Below are positions 59,809 to 64,000 of a stretch of DNA of 64,000 nucleotides, piece by piece (position 1 is the stretch's first letter; every line of letters begins with the position of its first letter). Both the position numbers and the translations under genes were made by a program. The DNA lies in assembly GCA_017450275.1 (NCBI GenBank), contig JAFSVD010000033.1:7918-71917 (forward strand). The letters are read 5' to 3'. The notes under the pieces are model-generated. The model was not told the origin of the DNA. It did not search any database and saw only the letters and a program-made list of their open reading frames with translations. The DNA is from Desulfovibrio sp. Lineage in GTDB: Bacteria; Desulfobacterota; Desulfovibrionia; Desulfovibrionales; Desulfovibrionaceae.

Positions 59809-60393
59809 TTATTTTTTTATTTTATTCAATTCTTCCTGAAACATTTTTTTCATATCATCATCCATTAGAGTCTTTTCTACGCCATATTGCAAATGATAGA
59901 GACCCTTCTCTTTGTCTTTCATAAAATAGAGATATAAAACAGCGAGACTGAAACGCGCCTTGGGATCATCGTGTATGGCAAGCGCTTTTTCAAGATAGGT
60001 AGCTGCTTCAGGAAAACGCTGTTTTTGGTGTTCGATGATTCCAAGAAAAAAGGCACTGGTAAAATTGTTTGTATCTTTCTCATACGCCTTTTTGGCAAAA
60101 TTTTCCGCAGCATCCCATTGTTCGGCGTTCATAAGGGCTTCGGTGAGCTTGTGCAGGAGCGCAAGATCGTTGGGATTTTGGCTTGCCATCTGCATCAAAG
60201 CGCCGATGGAATCCATGACAGGCATTGGCATCGCTTTTGGCATGGCAGCATCTTGTTGAACCACCGTATTGTGGATCACCAAGGAGGGATGGCGGATTCT
60301 CTCAAGAACCATGACACCAACCATCCATACGAGGAACAGTCCCACCACAAGCAAAACAACACGTTGCCTGGTGTCAATCGCCAACGTTGCCAT
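59809..60393 (-). CDS. membrane-anchored TPR protein (CcmI-like)
   Basis: TM plus TPR pattern, downstream of ccmD. Confidence 0.8.
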   Translation of the reverse strand: MATLAIDTRQRVVLLVVGLFLVWMVGVMVLERIRHPSLVIHNTVVQQDAAMPKAMPMPVMDSIGALMQMASQNPNDLALLHKLTEALMNAEQWDAAENFAKKAYEKDTNNFTSAFFLGIIEHQKQRFPEAATYLEKALAIHDDPKARFSLAVLYLYFMKDKEKGLYHLQYGVEKTLMDDDMKKMFQEELNKIKK

Positions 60394-60520
60394 TTTTGCG
60401 CTCCAAACGTTTTATAAAACGCTCAAGGTGTTTTTGGCGACTTGCCAAAAAAAGGGAATAGCCGGCAAAACCAATCCACACAATACAGTTTGCCGCAAAA
60501 AGATAGGTGATAGGTTCCAC
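60374..60520 (-). CDS. ccmD: CcmD-like small membrane protein
   Basis: YLFAANCIVWIGFAGYSLFLASRQKHLERFI; follows ccmC. Confidence 0.8.
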   Translation of the reverse strand: MEPITYLFAANCIVWIGFAGYSLFLASRQKHLERFIKRLERKNGNVGD

Positions 60521-60534
60521 AACACCCTCACGAG

Positions 60535-61182
60535 TTAGAGCAAATCGTCCAATCTGGTTGAGATCTTCAGTTGCTGATACCGCAAACGAATCAGGCCAGC
60601 GCAAAAAAGACCAACACACACAATACAAGCGAGAACCGTTCCGAGCATTTCAAAGGCCAAGCCAGCGCCACTTTGCGTAAAGACAGCAGGGTGGATAGAA
60701 CGCCAAATGCGCGAGGAAACAAAAACCAAAGGGACATCCAAAAAGGCGATAATCCCTGTTACCGCACACAAAAGGGCTCTCCGAGCAAAAGCGAGGTCGA
60801 GCCTATGCAGCAAAAGCCAGCCGGCGTAGATAAAACATAAAACAAGCGCTGTCGTAAGCCGTGGATCCCAGGTCCACCACACCCCCCATGCCGCTTTGCC
60901 CCAAATCATGCCCGTACCAACCGTCAGTACGGCCAACAGTTCGCCGACTTCGCCGCAGGCCAGGGCAAAGGCGGCCACACGGGGTTCACGCTTCCACAGA
61001 TACCGTATGGACGCAAGAAAAACCAGAAAAAAGGCAAAGAGCCCCCACCATGCCAAGGGAAGATGGCAATAAAAAATCTTTTGGGAGAGACCCATGGTGG
61101 CTTCGAGGGGCGCATAGCAAAAGATCAGCCATTGGCAGAGGGCGACACCCAAGGCGCCCATTCCTAAAAGAAAACTCGTCAT
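60535..61182 (-). CDS. ccmC: heme exporter protein C
   Basis: QKIFYCHLP, WGKAAWGVWWTWDPRLT, SIHP. Confidence 0.95.
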   Translation of the reverse strand: MTSFLLGMGALGVALCQWLIFCYAPLEATMGLSQKIFYCHLPLAWWGLFAFFLVFLASIRYLWKREPRVAAFALACGEVGELLAVLTVGTGMIWGKAAWGVWWTWDPRLTTALVLCFIYAGWLLLHRLDLAFARRALLCAVTGIIAFLDVPLVFVSSRIWRSIHPAVFTQSGAGLAFEMLGTVLACIVCVGLFCAGLIRLRYQQLKISTRLDDLL

Positions 61183-61856
61183 GCGTCCTCACCGGTATAG
61201 ATAAACGGAAATAAAAAACACGAAACAGCAAAAAAAATCGCATCGTAGGCAAGGGTGAGAAAAAGCCAGGTGCTGGGATCAGATTCTCCACCGCCCAGGG
61301 TCTCTGTGTGAATGCCGATGCCCGCCAAAAGAATCGGGCTAATCAACGGAAAGAGCAAAATACTGACCAAGGATTCCCGAGACACTTGACCTTGGGCAAG
61401 AGCGCCGAGTAACGATCCAAGAGAACACGTTCCCAGATCGACAAAGACAATGCCCAACAGTCCCACGCCCAGGGAACCCGACGGGCTTTGTCCCAAAAAA
61501 ATACACAATGCCGGCAGAAAAAACAGCTGGGCAAAGAGCAGAAGAATCAAGATGCAGAGGGTTTTGGCAAGCCAGATCGCGAGAGCGGGCACAGGGAGCA
61601 AAACAAGCGCCACGCGTGCCTGATTCTGCTCTTCAAGGGCATAGATTTGGTTGAAAAGCAGAACCTGGCAAAAAAGCGAGCTGATCCAAAAAATTGTGGC
61701 TGCACTCTGGGGAGAGAGTTGCTCCCCAACCCCCTGGGCAAGGCTGAAGATAAAAATAACCAAAAGTCCCAAAAGGACTCCCTGAACAAGGGCGCTGCCC
61801 CTGGAAACCAAGAGTCGCAGGTCTTTCGAGCAAATCGCAAGGCTTACAGACCACAT
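61179..61856 (-). CDS. ccmB: heme exporter protein B
   Basis: KDLRL, 6 TM, LLFPLISPILL. Confidence 0.92.
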   Translation of the reverse strand: MWSVSLAICSKDLRLLVSRGSALVQGVLLGLLVIFIFSLAQGVGEQLSPQSAATIFWISSLFCQVLLFNQIYALEEQNQARVALVLLPVPALAIWLAKTLCILILLLFAQLFFLPALCIFLGQSPSGSLGVGLLGIVFVDLGTCSLGSLLGALAQGQVSRESLVSILLFPLISPILLAGIGIHTETLGGGESDPSTWLFLTLAYDAIFFAVSCFLFPFIYTGEDA

Positions 61857-62467
61857 GCCATACCCTCTTCACGGATACTCCCCCCCCCAAGATGCCAGAC
61901 CGTATCGGCAAGGCAACGATCCTGGTCGTTGTGGGAGATCATAAGAATACTCGCTCCTTGGGAACGAAGGCTACGCAATTCTTCCTGAAGATGCTGGCGT
62001 GAGGCAAAATCCAAGCCAGTTTGCGGCTCATCCAGCAGCAAGAGATCGGGCTTTTGCAGCAAGGCTCGTGCAAGATTTAAGCGCTGGCACATGCCCCGGG
62101 AAAAATGCTTGGCCTGCATGTCGCAAAAATCCTCCAGCCCCACACGAGCGAGTCCATCGAGCAGAGCATCTTCGGACAATGAGAGTCCATAGCAGGCATT
62201 CCAAAACTGGAGGTTCTCCAAGGCTGTGAGATTGGGATAGAGAAAGGTTGCGTGCGCAACATAGGCGATGCGTGTGCTGTCATCAATGCCGGTAATTGTC
62301 CCGGCATTGGGTGGCAATAAGCCGGCAAAGACCTTCATCAAGGTGGATTTTCCCGATCCATTGGCGCCGGTCAAAAGCGCAAGGCTTCCCTGCGGAAGGG
62401 AGACGGAAATGTCCTTCAACACCACACGCCTCCCAAAGGCCTTGTGGATATGACTAAGCGTGTACAC
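61844..62467 (-). CDS. ccmA: heme ABC exporter ATPase
   Basis: GANGSGKST, FSRGMCQR, LLLDEP. Confidence 0.92.
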   Translation of the reverse strand: MYTLSHIHKAFGRRVVLKDISVSLPQGSLALLTGANGSGKSTLMKVFAGLLPPNAGTITGIDDSTRIAYVAHATFLYPNLTALENLQFWNACYGLSLSEDALLDGLARVGLEDFCDMQAKHFSRGMCQRLNLARALLQKPDLLLLDEPQTGLDFASRQHLQEELRSLRSQGASILMISHNDQDRCLADTVWHLGGGSIREEGMACGL

Positions 62468-64000
62468 CCTGGCTCTCCTCAGCCTGTTGATCCTTCTTGG
62501 GGCGTGAAAAACAGCCCAGAAGCGGAAGCAAACTCATGCAAAATGCGCCAAACCAGAGCCAGTTGACCAGGGGCTTGACGCTGAAACGCACAAGGACTTT
62601 TTTGTCCGCCGTGAGTCCCAGCAAGGAAACATAGAGCTCATTGCCCAGGGAAAACAGGGTATCGACCTCAGAAAACTGCATATCCCCGAATTTCTGATAG
62701 ATTCGGCGTTCTGGCACAAGCGTGCCAATGACCGTATCGCCTTGTTCCACGGAAATCGTCGCCAAAAGCGCGGCATAGCCAGCCCCGTCCTCTTGGCGGA
62801 TATTGTCGAGGGTGAGGGAATAGCCCCCGATATCAGCTGTTTCGCCGGAAACAAAGAGAATATCTTTTTCAAGGCTGTAGGCACTGGAAAAGGCAATGCC
62901 CAAGGCACAAAAAGCCAGGCCAAGATGGGCACCGACAAAGGGAAAGTGGCGATAGCTTTTGGTGCGAATAAGGCGAATGCCACGGATCAGGAGCCCAAGC
63001 CAAATGGTTCCAACCGAAGCCGTTGCAAGAAGAGCAAGGGGATGTTGATAGCCTGCCCACCATAAAAGCGCTGCACTACAGAGGAAAACCCCCACAAAAA
63101 GGCAGACAAAGCGTTTTTGTCCTTTGGCAAACGACGCCGTGAGCAGGGGGCAAAAGGCCATACCCAAAAGGAGCAGGGTAGCCAATGGCAGGCAAACGCG
63201 GTTGTAGAACGAGGCATCAAGACCACCACGGGTTTTTGCGAAAAAGGCGGTGAGAACCGGCCACATGGTTGCGAGGGTAATGATGCATCCCAGGGCAATC
63301 AAAAACCAGGACGTGTAGGAAAGAACAGCCTCAAGCGAGAACGGATTGGTGATGGGTTTGCCAACCCGCTTGGAGGTGAGCGCAACGCCCACAGTGAGAA
63401 GCAGACAAACAACAATGGCTGTGAGCAAGGGGGTTCCAACTGTTCCCTGACCAAAGGCATGGACAGAATCGATGACCCCGCTTCGAACCAGATACGTTGC
63501 AAAGAGCGTTGCAATACTTGTGAGGCAGACGAGGAAAAGATTAAAACGCGGAAATTGGCCGGTTCGACGTTCGATAGAAAGCGTATGCAAAAGAGCGGTG
63601 GCAAAAAGCCAGGGAACCAGCGAGGAATTTTCCACAGGATCCCACGCCCAATAGCCGCCCCAGCCCAATTCCATATAGGCCCACCATGCCCCAAGCATGA
63701 TACCTGCGGTTAAAAACATCCAGGAAAGCAAAAGATGCAGTCTTGTTACGGAAAACCACGCTACAGGCTCTTCGTTGGCAAGATGGGTGGCAAGCGCAAG
63801 ACAGCTCGGGACAAAAAAGCCAGCATAGCCAATAAAGAGCAGCGGCGGATGGATGATCATGCCGGGATTTTGCAACAGGGGATTGAGCCCATTGCCATCC
63901 AGAGGAACCGGCGTCTGCATGAGAAAGGGATTGGAATAGGCCGAGAGCATGAGGGTAAAGAAAACCATGAGGCCGTGCTGGAAGAGCCAAAACCACAAGC
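62454..64000 (-). CDS. ccmF: heme lyase CcmF (5' truncated by window)
   Basis: GLNPLLQ, IHPP, WAYMELGWGGYWAWDPVEN, SVHAF, KPLVNWLW. Confidence 0.96.
   Translation of the reverse strand, partial: LWFWLFQHGLMVFFTLMLSAYSNPFLMQTPVPLDGNGLNPLLQNPGMIIHPPLLFIGYAGFFVPSCLALATHLANEEPVAWFSVTRLHLLLSWMFLTAGIMLGAWWAYMELGWGGYWAWDPVENSSLVPWLFATALLHTLSIERRTGQFPRFNLFLVCLTSIATLFATYLVRSGVIDSVHAFGQGTVGTPLLTAIVVCLLLTVGVALTSKRVGKPITNPFSLEAVLSYTSWFLIALGCIITLATMWPVLTAFFAKTRGGLDASFYNRVCLPLATLLLLGMAFCPLLTASFAKGQKRFVCLFVGVFLCSAALLWWAGYQHPLALLATASVGTIWLGLLIRGIRLIRTKSYRHFPFVGAHLGLAFCALGIAFSSAYSLEKDILFVSGETADIGGYSLTLDNIRQEDGAGYAALLATISVEQGDTVIGTLVPERRIYQKFGDMQFSEVDTLFSLGNELYVSLLGLTADKKVLVRFSVKPLVNWLWFGAFCMSLLPLLGCFSRPKKDQQAEESQGVHA

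Overview
Origin-proximal-looking chromosomal segment, most likely from a Desulfovibrionaceae bacterium. This is inferred from the gene set: ccmFABCD plus TPR genes, archaeal-type aroA'/aroB'-pheA-aroA-tyrA, PHP-UvrD and recD2. Most of it is housekeeping: aspS, def, fmt, rsmB, parAB with five parS sites, aroC, metK, panC, tsf, rpsB, ahcY, rnhA, tRNA-Pro, ppiD and glmS. The strongest finding is missed by the ORF track: a 31-aa leader peptide (MHTLLATSAISYTYGRFYFPYWYLASCGQGG; 5 Tyr, 2 Phe, 1 Trp) with mutually exclusive protector, antiterminator and terminator pairings upstream of the archaeal-type aromatic pathway operon, i.e. a candidate attenuator sensing all three aromatic amino acids. Also notable: a dispersed short-repeat/MITE family, one copy carrying an IscB C-terminal fragment and one an apparent 42-bp empty form; a nested mobile-element graveyard at 7.2-11.5 kb (IscB pseudogene, two MITE types, IS3 remnants); a tandem RNase HI with a dead N-terminal copy; a 7TM hybrid-kinase-like protein with eroded phosphorelay sites and GEPRPV repeats; an antisense gene splitting parA from parB; and several candidate structured RNAs. 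All calls are from reading the sequence by eye; no searches were run.
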